From: an uncultured virus (IMG/VR IMGVR_UViG_3300046692_000581)
Lineage: Duplodnaviria > Heunggongvirae > Uroviricota > Caudoviricetes
IMG/VR virus record: IMGVR_UViG_3300046692_000581
Strand: one strand, 5' to 3'
DNA: 64,000 nt
Part shown: one piece after another, positions 49,092 to 58,798 of the stretch
How positions within the stretch are numbered: the first letter of the stretch is position 1
Layout of the letters: the number at the start of each line of letters is the position of its first letter
Translations under genes and position numbers: made by a program
Notes under the pieces: model-generated
Told to the model about the DNA's origin: nothing
Seen by the model: only the letters and a program-made list of their open reading frames with translations
Databases searched by the model: none

Positions 49092-49602
49092 CTCCTATTT
49101 GAGATGCGCTGCGTCATACTTTTTGGGTGTCGTCACACTGCCCAAGAATGTGGGTTCAGTAGACGGCTATTTTTGCAGTGATGACTCGGATGCCAGCGCT
49201 TTGGACCATTAACGTACAGGGGCGCCGACGATTCGATTTGTTTTCATTCTAAATTCATAACTCTACATAGTGACCCTCGATCCGGCATGCTAAATTGCTC
49301 GCCATTCAGTCGCCGCAATCGAGGAGCGTTTTATTAACCGGGGGAATCCGGTGTTCACCGCCCTCTTCTTTCCATCTGGATGGTGTGGGTCAGCACATTT
49401 ACCTTCGGTTACCCGAAGGATTGCTCCGCTGCGCTTCCTGTGTCGCTCCCTTTCTCTCCTCGCTGCCTCTGTAGAGCGATAATTTAGGGGGAACCAGGAC
49501 CTGATTACTCGGTGGTTAGGAGGGGGAAGTTGACCCATTTTGCGGCTCGTTTCCGATAATCCTGTATATCTGAATTAAAATTGCGATTGTGTAAAATTAT
49601 TA

Positions 49603-49631
49603 TTGACAGCCTTCATTAATATCAGTATATT
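49603..49631 (+). promoter_or_regulatory. sigma-70 promoter of tRNA-Arg
   Basis: TTGACA-17-TATATT. Confidence 0.8.
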
Positions 49632-49642
49632 TAACCCATCAA

Positions 49643-49719
49643 GCATCCATAGCTCAGTTGGATAGAGCATCCGCCTTCTAAGCGGATGGTCGCAGGTTCG
49701 AGTCCTGCTGGGTGCACCA
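49643..49719 (+). tRNA. tRNA-Arg(TCT)
   Basis: Canonical cloverleaf; anticodon arm TCCGC-CTTCTAA-GCGGA; encoded CCA. Confidence 0.97.
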
Positions 49720-49732
49720 TATTTGCAAGACT

Positions 49733-49770
49733 TTAAGCCGCGAAATCAAACGATTAGCGGCTTTTTTTAT
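49733..49770 (+). terminator. intrinsic terminator after tRNA-Arg
   Basis: AAGCCGC...GCGGCTT followed by T-tract. Confidence 0.7.
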
Positions 49771-50064
49771 TGCGTCAGAAGATTTTACAAGGGAGATAAA
49801 AATGTTCGAAAAACCGGGCGTAGCTAATATCCGTGAAAGGCACGAGCATAACGAGACGCGGCAATGGATTGAGCAACAGAAGAAACTGGGGGACTTACAA
49901 GCCGCATCCAGCATTCGCGCTAGAAGACCTGATAGAGAAGGCTCGTATCGAGAGGAATAAAGCGGAGCAGGAATAAACTGGGGAGGCATTTCCTCAAGTC
50001 CATACTCAGGTACGAAAAAGACCGGGCAGTACCCTGCCCGGTCAGTGTGTTGTGTTGATCAGCC

Positions 50065-51318
50065 TTATCTTTGGAAATCCGTGAGGCCCTCTCCTCCCCT
50101 CTTTCTCTGTTGTGACAGCTTGCTCTCAAACGGGTACTTCTTGAAGGACTTTTCAATGAAGGGTTTGAGGCTGGTTTCCAGCAATGCCGAAACCTCATAG
50201 CCGATGCAGGCCTTGGCTTCTTCTGGATCGAATGAGTTAGCCATTGATTGAGCGTGCTCGGTGCTCTGTGCAAGCTTCTCCAGGGCAAATACTGGGTACA
50301 CGCCCTGCCTCACGTCCTCGGCGACCTCTGGCAACATCTTGAGTGCTTCGGCGGCAGCTTCTTTAGTGCCCCAAGGGTTTTCGTATTTCTTGTCGCGGTT
50401 CCTTGCTGCCACGCCAGGGCTGGCTACCAATTCGCTGCAACTACCAAAGTTTTCCTTCAGAAGATTCATGGCATGTTCGTGCTGGAAGGTTTTGTGGGCG
50501 ACTATGGCGAAGTTCATGACTTGGTGAACGGCAGCGATATTCATTTTGCGTTCATGGTAATTGCTCGACACAACGCCTGGGAATTGTTTGTGAACGTAGC
50601 CGAACACCAAAGACTGCTGTTTGTCCTGCTTTCCATTTTCCATAATGGCTCCGGCAAGGCTCGGCGCTGTGAACAAGGCATGAGGCTGCGAAGATTCAAT
50701 TCGATGTATCAGGCGGTATTCAGCTAGCGACAGATCTTTACGCGTCCAGACGGTCTTCGCTGGCTCATTGTCGCCATGCAGGTCGGGCTTCCAGACAGTG
50801 GACACGATATCCTTATTGCCCTGAATGAGCAGTCCTACACGGGCTGGCGTGGTTTGAGGTTCATCTGATTCGGATGTGTGGAGTGGGAATGGAGAGATAA
50901 ACGGCATCTCGATGAGTGCCATCCCCTTCTTTTCGATCAGGAGCATTGCTACCGCTTCGGGTGGCAGGACATTCAGAAGCAAATCCGCCAAGTTGTTGAG
51001 GTTGGGTTCGGTCTTCTCAAGCCCCAGCACCTTGCTCTGCATTTTTTGGACAATGCTGCGAGCAGACAGGGCATCATCACCGCTCAATGCACCATAGGCG
51101 ACAAACGCCTTGGAAAGATCCACTGCGTCGAGCAGTTTGATTGCGTAAGGGCTTGTGGTCGGTTCTGGACTGACTGTCCAGCGAAGCGTCTCCGGTTCCA
51201 TTTGAATTTGCTTATCAAGAGTAAGGTTGCGTTGATCGTTCAAAAAGATTTGGAGGTTGTCGACTGCTGCGCCCGACCACAGGGGAAGAAATACGGGAGA
51301 GATTTTGCCTTGGCTCAT
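50065..51318 (-). CDS. hypothetical protein (417 aa)
   Basis: AAGGA SD; long ORF. Confidence 0.75.
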   Translation of the reverse strand: MSQGKISPVFLPLWSGAAVDNLQIFLNDQRNLTLDKQIQMEPETLRWTVSPEPTTSPYAIKLLDAVDLSKAFVAYGALSGDDALSARSIVQKMQSKVLGLEKTEPNLNNLADLLLNVLPPEAVAMLLIEKKGMALIEMPFISPFPLHTSESDEPQTTPARVGLLIQGNKDIVSTVWKPDLHGDNEPAKTVWTRKDLSLAEYRLIHRIESSQPHALFTAPSLAGAIMENGKQDKQQSLVFGYVHKQFPGVVSSNYHERKMNIAAVHQVMNFAIVAHKTFQHEHAMNLLKENFGSCSELVASPGVAARNRDKKYENPWGTKEAAAEALKMLPEVAEDVRQGVYPVFALEKLAQSTEHAQSMANSFDPEEAKACIGYEVSALLETSLKPFIEKSFKKYPFESKLSQQRKRGGEGLTDFQR

Positions 51319-51378
51319 GAAATAAGTATCCTTTTAATATTTTTCTATTATAGCATTATTTACGGTCCCGCCGCTCAA

Positions 51379-51407
51379 TTGACATTTTGCCACTGATAAC
51401 ATATAAT
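51379..51407 (+). promoter_or_regulatory. consensus sigma-70 promoter
   Basis: TTGACA-17-TATAAT. Confidence 0.85.
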
Positions 51408-51442
51408 TTCGCTAAATTTATAGCGAAAAAATAGGATCCGCA

Positions 51443-52024
51443 ATGTCAAATTTCCCTCCTTACATGAAGCACGCTGATGATTACCGCGATATGTTTCGTC
51501 CTGAGCTGAAGCCGCTTCGTTCTGCGTACCTCGCTGGTCCCGATGTCTTCCTGGTGGATGCCATTGAAGCGGGCGGTCGGCTTCGTGCGATCTGCGAGAA
51601 GCACGGGGTAGAAGGCAGGTATCCGATGGATAACGAAATTAAAGGAGCTTTCGCGAACAAGAGTCAGATGGGCGATGAAATTACTTGGGCCAACTACGGC
51701 ATGCTGTTTGAGTCGGATGCGATCATTGCCAACATGAATTGGTTCCGTGGCCTTGAGCCAGACTCCGGCACCTGTGCAGAAGTCGGTTTTGCTGTGGCTC
51801 TCAAGAAGCCTGTTTTCCTCTACCTCGAAGACTTGCGCTCCGTGCTGGATAAGGTGCCACATGTGATTAATGCCGATGGCCTCCCTATCGATCAATGGGG
51901 CAACATTGTTGAGGATTTCGATTACCCGGCCAACCTCATGATGGTAAGCCCAGCCATTGTGATTGTGGCTACGTTCGAAGAGGCTGTAGCTGCCGCTGCT
52001 GCCTATGGTCGTGACATTGAGTAA
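51443..52024 (+). CDS. nucleoside 2-deoxyribosyltransferase family protein
   Basis: YLAGPDVF, DAIIAN...FRG.EPDSGT..EVGFA.AL.KP, VEDF..P.NLMM. Confidence 0.9.
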   Translation: MSNFPPYMKHADDYRDMFRPELKPLRSAYLAGPDVFLVDAIEAGGRLRAICEKHGVEGRYPMDNEIKGAFANKSQMGDEITWANYGMLFESDAIIANMNWFRGLEPDSGTCAEVGFAVALKKPVFLYLEDLRSVLDKVPHVINADGLPIDQWGNIVEDFDYPANLMMVSPAIVIVATFEEAVAAAAAYGRDIE

Positions 52025-52379
52025 GCTGATGGAGGACCTTGTCGTCAAATACGCCTATATCGCATTTGACGGCATTCAGGCGATGGTATTGAAGGGATTC
52101 TCGAAAGAAATCGATAATTGGCTTCACGAGACTCACTATCAGGGCTGCATCTGTGTCCCTCTCGAAACCAACGAAGCGCTGGAGCTGGCGGAGCAGCTCT
52201 ACGCAACGCCTGAATACCAGGAAAGTTGGTTGGAGAACCCAACCACGATCATGGTCATTGGCAACCCGAAAGAGGGATTCTCATACAATGGGCCTTATGA
52301 TTCGCATGCATCTGCCATGAAGGCTCTTGAGCAATTCCCCGACTTTCCTGCGACTGATGTCTACGTTTTGTCAAAGTGA
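52005..52379 (+). CDS. hypothetical protein
   Basis: Follows the previous gene; exact start uncertain. Confidence 0.6.
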   Translation: MVVTLSKLMEDLVVKYAYIAFDGIQAMVLKGFSKEIDNWLHETHYQGCICVPLETNEALELAEQLYATPEYQESWLENPTTIMVIGNPKEGFSYNGPYDSHASAMKALEQFPDFPATDVYVLSK

Positions 52380-52508
52380 TGTTTGTTGATAGGTTCTGAT
52401 GGCCAAGCCAGTGTTACTGGCTTGGCCATTTCTTGTTTAAGCGCCAAGAAGTGAATTGGCGGAATATTATTGAAAAATCTGCCCATGTGGCAGCATAGGG
52501 ATAAAAAT

Positions 52509-52838
52509 ATGGAACTGGCTCTCGTCACAAAAAATACATTCGGCGAATTGGTATTGAAGTCTCAAAGACCTGTTTTGGTCCTTTTTTCTGTTGAGTTGAA
52601 TGGAATTTGCCAAATCATGGAGTCACTGTTGAATGAGATCAGTGATGAGCGGATAGACATTCGGATTGTAAAAATGGACCCAAAAAATCCGAAGAATTTC
52701 GGTCTCCTCAGAAAATATGATGTGCAGGGTTTCCCAACCGTTGTGCTTTTCAAGGGAGGAAGCGTTCTCAGCGCCAAAAGAGGTGCCTTGAGGAAGGCTG
52801 ATCTTCATGCGTTGGCCGATAGCGCCTTTCCGTTGTGA
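52509..52838 (+). CDS. thioredoxin-fold protein lacking CxxC
   Basis: F.ELVLKS..PVLV.F, KYDV.GFPT..LFKGG; active site reads NGIC. Confidence 0.8.
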   Translation: MELALVTKNTFGELVLKSQRPVLVLFSVELNGICQIMESLLNEISDERIDIRIVKMDPKNPKNFGLLRKYDVQGFPTVVLFKGGSVLSAKRGALRKADLHALADSAFPL

Positions 52839-52889
52839 TACGTGCTTGGCTTAAATAAAAATGGATCCTTTGCGGGATCCATTATCAAT

Positions 52890-53504
52890 TCAGTCGCTTT
52901 GTTTCCTGCACGCCATGCTGATCAGATACGCAGACCCCAGCAGTACGACTGCATCTTCCCTATCCAGGTTGATCTGATGCTTAAAGAGGCCGAGAAACAT
53001 GGCGTAAGCCGCCAGAATAACCACTGGTTCCCCTACCTGCCTTGCCTGCTCCATTGCCTTCATCTGACCTTGACTGAGAATCCGCTGGCGCTGAAAAATG
53101 ATGGCGCAAATGATGAACAGAGAGTCGCTCATTGGAATTGGAGATGGCCAAAGCATGGTGAAGTCGCAAGATGCCCAAACCATGAATACAAATGCAGTGC
53201 TAACTGGAGCTACCTTGAGTAGGCAACTGCGTAGCCGGTGCGCAAAATACACCGCCTGTTGACGCCAATGCTCGGTTGTCAGGGTCAATGGCACCCTGGA
53301 CAGATCGATGGATGCGAATATCAGGAACAGGGTTGCGCCAACCCACAACCACACCGATTGAGCAATGCCGCTGCGGAAAAGATTGTCGCGGAAGATTTGG
53401 TTCATCAGGGCTGGGGCAGCAGTCATCAAGGTCAGAATCAGCGCGAAGCTGACTATGATCCTTGAAGGTGGTGCATCGGAGACATCACGAACAAGGTTTT
53501 TCAT
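52890..53504 (-). CDS. membrane protein
   Basis: Several TM segments. Confidence 0.65.
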   Translation of the reverse strand: MKNLVRDVSDAPPSRIIVSFALILTLMTAAPALMNQIFRDNLFRSGIAQSVWLWVGATLFLIFASIDLSRVPLTLTTEHWRQQAVYFAHRLRSCLLKVAPVSTAFVFMVWASCDFTMLWPSPIPMSDSLFIICAIIFQRQRILSQGQMKAMEQARQVGEPVVILAAYAMFLGLFKHQINLDREDAVVLLGSAYLISMACRKQSD

Positions 53505-53516
53505 ATGAATTGCCAG

Positions 53517-54167
53517 TTATGAGGCCTTGAAGAAATGGCGAGCCTGACTGATGGATGTGAAAATAAACAAAAGCGCGGTGCAAACTACGATCATGATGAT
53601 CATTTGACTCGCTTGTTGGGACAATGATGCAAACAGCCCAAGCAACGTGAGCGCGCTGGTAACGATTTTGCTTCGTGTAGACATTCGACTCAAAATGGAC
53701 GATGAGTAAAGTGTCTCGATAAGATTGAGGATCACCATGCCTTTAATGAGAGCAACAGCCATGTAAAGGTGGGCAAAGTCAAACCACTGGACAATTGAGT
53801 TGACCTTTGAAAGCTCCCAGTTCTCCTTGACCACAGCCCAGCAAACCGCAAGGGTGAAGAGAGGGGCAAAAAACCTCAGGGCGTTCTGTATTTGCAGATC
53901 GGCTCCTGGATTAAGAATTCGCTTGTCAATTTCAAGGTGCACATACGTCCAATAGAGCAAGATAGACGTCAGCATAATGCCCCAACTGGAAAAACTTCCC
54001 TGTTTTTCAATCAGTTGAATGGAGCAGGCGGCAAAAAGCACCTGAAGCAAAAGCTTTGATCCTGAGATGGCCAAGTAAAGAGATGGCCAAGCAAGAGCGT
54101 AGGAGCGAGCCACTGGATTCATTAGCTTGCGAGAGCAAGCTGTGGAGCTTCGGTCGGAATGGTCCAC
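53517..54167 (-). CDS. membrane protein
   Basis: Several TM segments; start probably MNPVAR. Confidence 0.65.
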   Translation of the reverse strand: MDHSDRSSTACSRKLMNPVARSYALAWPSLYLAISGSKLLLQVLFAACSIQLIEKQGSFSSWGIMLTSILLYWTYVHLEIDKRILNPGADLQIQNALRFFAPLFTLAVCWAVVKENWELSKVNSIVQWFDFAHLYMAVALIKGMVILNLIETLYSSSILSRMSTRSKIVTSALTLLGLFASLSQQASQMIIMIVVCTALLFIFTSISQARHFFKAS

Positions 54168-54649
54168 ATGATCGGCGAAACGAAATAGCCGTTTGCGAGC
54201 AGTTCCGAATCGCTTGAGCCCAGGCCTTTTTCTTTTGCGTCGGCGTACAGCTCTTGTTCGTTCGGCGCTACGGAAACCGGCAGTTTGTTGTGCAGGTCAA
54301 TGAGAGCGAAGGCATTGAGTGCTTTGCCCTTGGCCATAAACACTTCACAGCTCAGTCCCAGGCATTTTGCCAGCAGTGTCAGTTTTTCGATGGGCAATTT
54401 TTGACGACCGCTTTCGAAGTTTGCCACACTGGCGCGCTTCAGGCCGATTTGTTCGGCAACGTCTGCTTGGCTAATGCCTTTGAGTTTGCGGTGTGCGGTG
54501 CAGGTCAGGCCCATTTGGGTCCAATCAAATGCTTCAGTGTGCTTATCGCTGGTGATATTGATATTCATGATGTGTGCCTCAAACTTGCTAAGTAATGGAT
54601 GGGTTGTGAGCAAAAACATCAGCTCATCTCTTAGCAACGAATATATCAA
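54122..54649 (-). CDS. XRE-family HTH regulator
   Basis: RKLKGISQADVAEQIGLKRASVANFESG; start probably MNINI. Confidence 0.8.
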   Translation of the reverse strand: MIYSLLRDELMFLLTTHPLLSKFEAHIMNINITSDKHTEAFDWTQMGLTCTAHRKLKGISQADVAEQIGLKRASVANFESGRQKLPIEKLTLLAKCLGLSCEVFMAKGKALNAFALIDLHNKLPVSVAPNEQELYADAKEKGLGSSDSELLANGYFVSPIMWTIPTEAPQLALAS

Positions 54650-54702
54650 CGCAAGGCATAAATGTCAATACCATTTTCGCTTTTTAGATGTTTTGTTGTG
54701 AA

Positions 54703-55635
54703 TTACAGGAACTTGTACAAGGTGAATCCCATTATGATGAGTGAAATGAAGAAGACATCACTCCAGATTGGAGGGTTATCATACACAACGACAGCTTCAT
54801 TGTCATCAATCATTGTCTCTGTTACTGATGAAATGAACAATCTTTTGCTGGGCGTTCCATAGAGGTAGTGGCACTTGTCGCTTGGGTCAATGGGATGGTC
54901 AACCTCCAGTGACGGCTCGCAGCTTAGTGAAGGCAGAGGCTTTCCTGTAATGCTGATTGGATGGTTGTTTGGTTCGCCGGTAATCACCGATGAAATATTG
55001 TGTTTGTTCAAAAAATCATGCGCAGCTTTGAGATCTGACTCTTTTAAAGCGTTTGCCAGGGTATTGTGGTTGCGCCCAGGCAAACCTATAAGGTTTCCAG
55101 TGGCGTAAATCGGTGCGCCAGCCGGGATGACAATTTCTTGGAATTCAAAATCTCCGTCAAAGGCACGCAAATTTATCGAGTTCAAGAAATCCTGATGCTT
55201 TTTAATAAATGATGAAGTCCCCGGATGAATGGTTTTGTGGTCTCTACCCAAAAATATTTCGGTGAGAGGTCCTGGGCAAATCAATGCGCTACCAGTTCCA
55301 TCCCTGATAAAGAATGGATCCTGGGAGTAAATGACTCGACCTACATGTCGCGATTTGTCACTAACAACCTTAATTGCCCAGAACACGCACTCGATGTCTG
55401 AAAATGGGGACCTGAGAGCTTTGCGGCTGGGGGAGAACCCCTCCCCTTCAATCTCAATGTACTTGTTGGCGCTGTCGCCTATGCTGGACCTTGGTATGCT
55501 GTGCATTCGGTCGGCGAGCCGTGTGACCATTTTATAGTTAATGGCATACCGGTGCGTCATCATCATTATGATTGTTCCGAACAACTGCGCCACGCAAATA
55601 AGTATAACTTGAAAGTTATCCAGCCAATCGCTCAT
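54703..55635 (-). CDS. GIDE-domain-like membrane protein
   Basis: N- and C-terminal TM; LRSPFS..ECV.W, PFFIRDGTG, E..IP.G.PIYATG. Confidence 0.65.
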   Translation of the reverse strand: MSDWLDNFQVILICVAQLFGTIIMMMTHRYAINYKMVTRLADRMHSIPRSSIGDSANKYIEIEGEGFSPSRKALRSPFSDIECVFWAIKVVSDKSRHVGRVIYSQDPFFIRDGTGSALICPGPLTEIFLGRDHKTIHPGTSSFIKKHQDFLNSINLRAFDGDFEFQEIVIPAGAPIYATGNLIGLPGRNHNTLANALKESDLKAAHDFLNKHNISSVITGEPNNHPISITGKPLPSLSCEPSLEVDHPIDPSDKCHYLYGTPSKRLFISSVTETMIDDNEAVVVYDNPPIWSDVFFISLIIMGFTLYKFL

Positions 55636-56002
55636 TGTTATTTTGCTCTTTTAGGTCAGTGTTTCCCGAGCGAAAATTGTTGGTCAGCACTTCTGCCATG
55701 GTTATCAAGCTCTGCAAGCGCGAATTGAATTCAGTGTATTGGAGGTCATGCTTAATCACCTCTACCCTGAGCACCTTCGCAATGCAGATTGTCACCGAGA
55801 ATGAAATTGCTTCGTCGTCATCAAGAAGATCAATGTAATTCTCAAACACCTTGATTTCCAAGTCGCTGCCACAGTTCAAATGCTTAACCCATGTACATGC
55901 TTTTGGTCCATGACTTCCTTCAATGTGCTCAAAGGAGTGTCGGCGAAGGACTGAGCAAACACCTTGAGTGGCTTGAAACGCTGATATTTTGTTATTTTCC
56001 AT
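55616..56002 (-). CDS. hypothetical protein
   Basis: ORF overlapping the next start. Confidence 0.55.
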   Translation of the reverse strand: MENNKISAFQATQGVCSVLRRHSFEHIEGSHGPKACTWVKHLNCGSDLEIKVFENYIDLLDDDEAISFSVTICIAKVLRVEVIKHDLQYTEFNSRLQSLITMAEVLTNNFRSGNTDLKEQNNNERLAG

Positions 56003-56239
56003 GGGACTTTCACCATTATACTATTTTTTGTGTGGAAATGAAAAAACCGCCTGAAAGGCGGTTTTAACAGCGTCGCCTGATCAGTGATTTCTGATTGAAA
56101 AAGCCAGAATCGCGAGGAATTTTGTGGATCCCTTCACTTCTGCCATCGATGTTTGAGTGGTTGATTTCATGCTTATTTCACTGGCGACTTGTTTAATGGA
56201 TTATTATCTTCTTTCTTTCTGTGAAAGTCAAACGAGCAA

Positions 56240-57037
56240 TCACTCTACTGGCTTGTAAACAAAATTGATGCCGCGATCCATGGCAGCAGGGTCAGCTTTG
56301 TAATAGACGTTGATTGTGGCGCCTTTGCGGAACATAAATCCATCATCTGCAATCTTTGGTGACACCACGGAAGTCAGGTTATTGATTGCACCTGTTTGCA
56401 GGATGAAGCTTTGAGTGAGCTTGGAGAGCTGGAGCAGTCTCCAGTTGTTGAAGCTAATAAAATCGACGGCATAGCCCAACTGAAGATTGCAATTGACGTC
56501 CAGTGTTACGGAGCGTTCTAGCTGGGTGGCGCTGTCATTTGCTACCGTCAGGCAGCCATTGAACCCCAATTCATCTTTCGAGAGTGTGAGGGCTGATTTC
56601 GCTAGCGCCAATGGCAGATCTCCATTGATGGTAAATACCAGGGAGGGCTTGTTTTTTCCTTTGAAAAGCATGGTTGACATTACCGCGTCGGATTTGTCAG
56701 GGGTTGCTTGGGTTCCGATGGTGCTGGTGATGACGAGGGTTTCGCCATCAGCTGGTTTACTGCCCGAGGCGTCTGTCTTAAACAATAAGGGTGTCTGGGT
56801 TTTGTTGTTGTGGTCAGATTCGTTTTCTATGAACTTGGCGCTAAGTGAGCCTTCAGCGTCCCGCGCTCTATCAATCACGAGTTTCTGTTTTATTGCATCC
56901 ACTTGGCTTTCAATTTTCATGGCGCTCAGGTAGCTGATCCCACCTGTTTTCATGGGAGGTGTAGCGGCCCAGAAGACGCCAAAGGCAATGCCCACCACAC
57001 CCATGGAGAGAGTTGTTGCCAGAATATTTTTGTTCAT
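56240..57037 (-). CDS. exported or membrane-anchored protein
   Basis: GAGGAG SD; hydrophobic N-terminus. Confidence 0.75.
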   Translation of the reverse strand: MNKNILATTLSMGVVGIAFGVFWAATPPMKTGGISYLSAMKIESQVDAIKQKLVIDRARDAEGSLSAKFIENESDHNNKTQTPLLFKTDASGSKPADGETLVITSTIGTQATPDKSDAVMSTMLFKGKNKPSLVFTINGDLPLALAKSALTLSKDELGFNGCLTVANDSATQLERSVTLDVNCNLQLGYAVDFISFNNWRLLQLSKLTQSFILQTGAINNLTSVVSPKIADDGFMFRKGATINVYYKADPAAMDRGINFVYKPVE

Positions 57038-57158
57038 TTTACTCCTCAGCGAAGTCGGAAGTATTTTCTGTACGAAAATAGAGTCCGGCTCCTATTTTTA
57101 TTAAAGTGGTTGTGAAATATAATTGCTGAATAATATATCACATTAAGGATGACAACAA

Positions 57159-57401
57159 TTGAAAAAGTATCTTGTACTCGCTCTACTGTTTAGTGCGGGT
57201 TTTGCGCGTGCCGAATCGATTGAAATTCGGCCTGTCATTGTGCTTGATCCCATTTTAGTAACCGCTGAGGCTCCGGAAGCTCCAGTTGTGGATGCCGATA
57301 CTGATGCAGAGGACTCTGGGGTTATTTTAAGCAGCAATGGAATTGTGTCCAACCCTGTGGAGTCAATTTCTGATGAGCACAGTTCACTCAAGGCTCAATA
57401 A
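57159..57401 (+). CDS. small exported acidic protein
   Basis: MKKYLVLALLFSAGFARA signal peptide. Confidence 0.65.
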   Translation: MKKYLVLALLFSAGFARAESIEIRPVIVLDPILVTAEAPEAPVVDADTDAEDSGVILSSNGIVSNPVESISDEHSSLKAQ

Positions 57402-57533
57402 AGGGCTTTGACCAGCTCCGCTGAATACTCCAGCGTGCTCTCCGTTTGGGTTGCTTCTTCCTAAAATAACTTGACATTTTGCGTTTCGTTTATATAGTGA
57501 AATTAGGAAGTCAGGCACACAAGATGTGGGAAT

Positions 57534-58187
57534 GTGTCTGATGATAGTTTTTTAGGAAGCAATTGTTGGATTGAGGTTATCGTGGACAGTCAAAATTTGA
57601 TCGAAATTCGTACTCGATTGGGTTTTAGCCAGCAAGAGCTGGCCGACCATCTGGGGACGGGATTGCGCCAATACCAGAAATGGGAAGCAGGTGATGCTCC
57701 TATACGTCCAATGGTGGCCAAGGCTATTGAGAATGTCGTGCAGCTCGTGGAATACACGCGCTTGGCCCGGCAATCCAAAAACCTTCAAGCCAAGGGTGAT
57801 CTGCTTCGGGCTGCTCTAAAGAGGTGCCTGGATCAGTTCGTTCGCTTGGGGGCTTCACCTGAGAAGATCGAAGGAATTAATCTTGTTCTGGCTCAGGGCA
57901 AGGCTCCAACGATGGCGGAACTCGAAAAGGTTTTTGAGGGTATTCAGAACCCTGTAGAGATCAGCGCCCTTCTGAAGTCGGTAATTGCAGCTGTGTTTGA
58001 TCGCCTTGATCATAAAGGCAGCGAAGCTGAGCAGATCGAGCAATTTAAAGTGGCCTTGAGTGAACTCATCGGCACTGATGGGCTGGCTAGCTTCAATGCC
58101 TGGGCGACTACCCATTTTGTAAAAACAAACACTGACCCATTGATCAGTGTTTTCAAGGCGCTGTCCAAGCAGAGACTGACGGCTTAA
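57534..58187 (+). CDS. XRE-family HTH protein
   Basis: IRTRLGFSQQELADHLG...RQYQKWEAG; start probably GTG 57582. Confidence 0.75.
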   Translation: MSDDSFLGSNCWIEVIVDSQNLIEIRTRLGFSQQELADHLGTGLRQYQKWEAGDAPIRPMVAKAIENVVQLVEYTRLARQSKNLQAKGDLLRAALKRCLDQFVRLGASPEKIEGINLVLAQGKAPTMAELEKVFEGIQNPVEISALLKSVIAAVFDRLDHKGSEAEQIEQFKVALSELIGTDGLASFNAWATTHFVKTNTDPLISVFKALSKQRLTA

Positions 58188-58711
58188 GGCTGTGGTGTGC
58201 TGGTAGGGCCGTTGTATTTTGCTTCTCTCTCCAGCTTCAGGAAGTGTTCTCGAACAATCATCAGGCATTGGCCAAGCAAATTCAGTCCCCACCGCGAGCG
58301 ATCCAGGAAATTGGGGTCGTTCGCTTCCATTCCTATGCCCCAGATTCGGTCCCATTTGGATGCCTCAACGATCTCCGTGCCTTCGGTGGCAAGCAGCATC
58401 TGTTTCAAGTCAGGGTGCTGATTGAATTTCTGAAACAATATGGCTGATACGATTCTGACGCGATTATTTACCCAGTCTTCCTCAACAAAGTTCTTAACCT
58501 CTTTACCAAGCTTCTTCTGCTCCCTTGGGTCAGGTTCATTGAGAATTTTTGCGGCAGTTGCTAGGTCACCAAAGAACATGGCTTTGGAGTACATCATTGC
58601 CTGTTCACCACAGTTGAATGTGATGTTTTTTATTTTGAATTGTCGAATATGCCAATTCGAGAAGTGATCTTTGTAGCTGTGGAAGCAGGTAAATCCGTTT
58701 TGAGTTTGCAT
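58184..58711 (-). CDS. NADAR (YbiA/DUF1768) family protein
   Basis: FSNW, EQAMM..KA..FGD, QKKLG..V, KF.QHP.LK..LLAT, IVEAS..DRIWGIG, GLNLLG..LM.VRE. Confidence 0.93.
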   Translation of the reverse strand: MQTQNGFTCFHSYKDHFSNWHIRQFKIKNITFNCGEQAMMYSKAMFFGDLATAAKILNEPDPREQKKLGKEVKNFVEEDWVNNRVRIVSAILFQKFNQHPDLKQMLLATEGTEIVEASKWDRIWGIGMEANDPNFLDRSRWGLNLLGQCLMIVREHFLKLEREAKYNGPTSTPQP

Positions 58712-58798
58712 ATAATATCTCCCGAAAAATAATTATACCATGGCGTATAAAGCGGGCAAAGTTAATGATAAAATTCTTGTTCTATTAGGATATTTACC

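Noticed and set aside
49217..49240. GGGGCGCCGACGATTCGA resembling a tmRNA 5' end
   Set aside because: No matching T-arm/acceptor 3' end with CCA and no tag ORF found downstream
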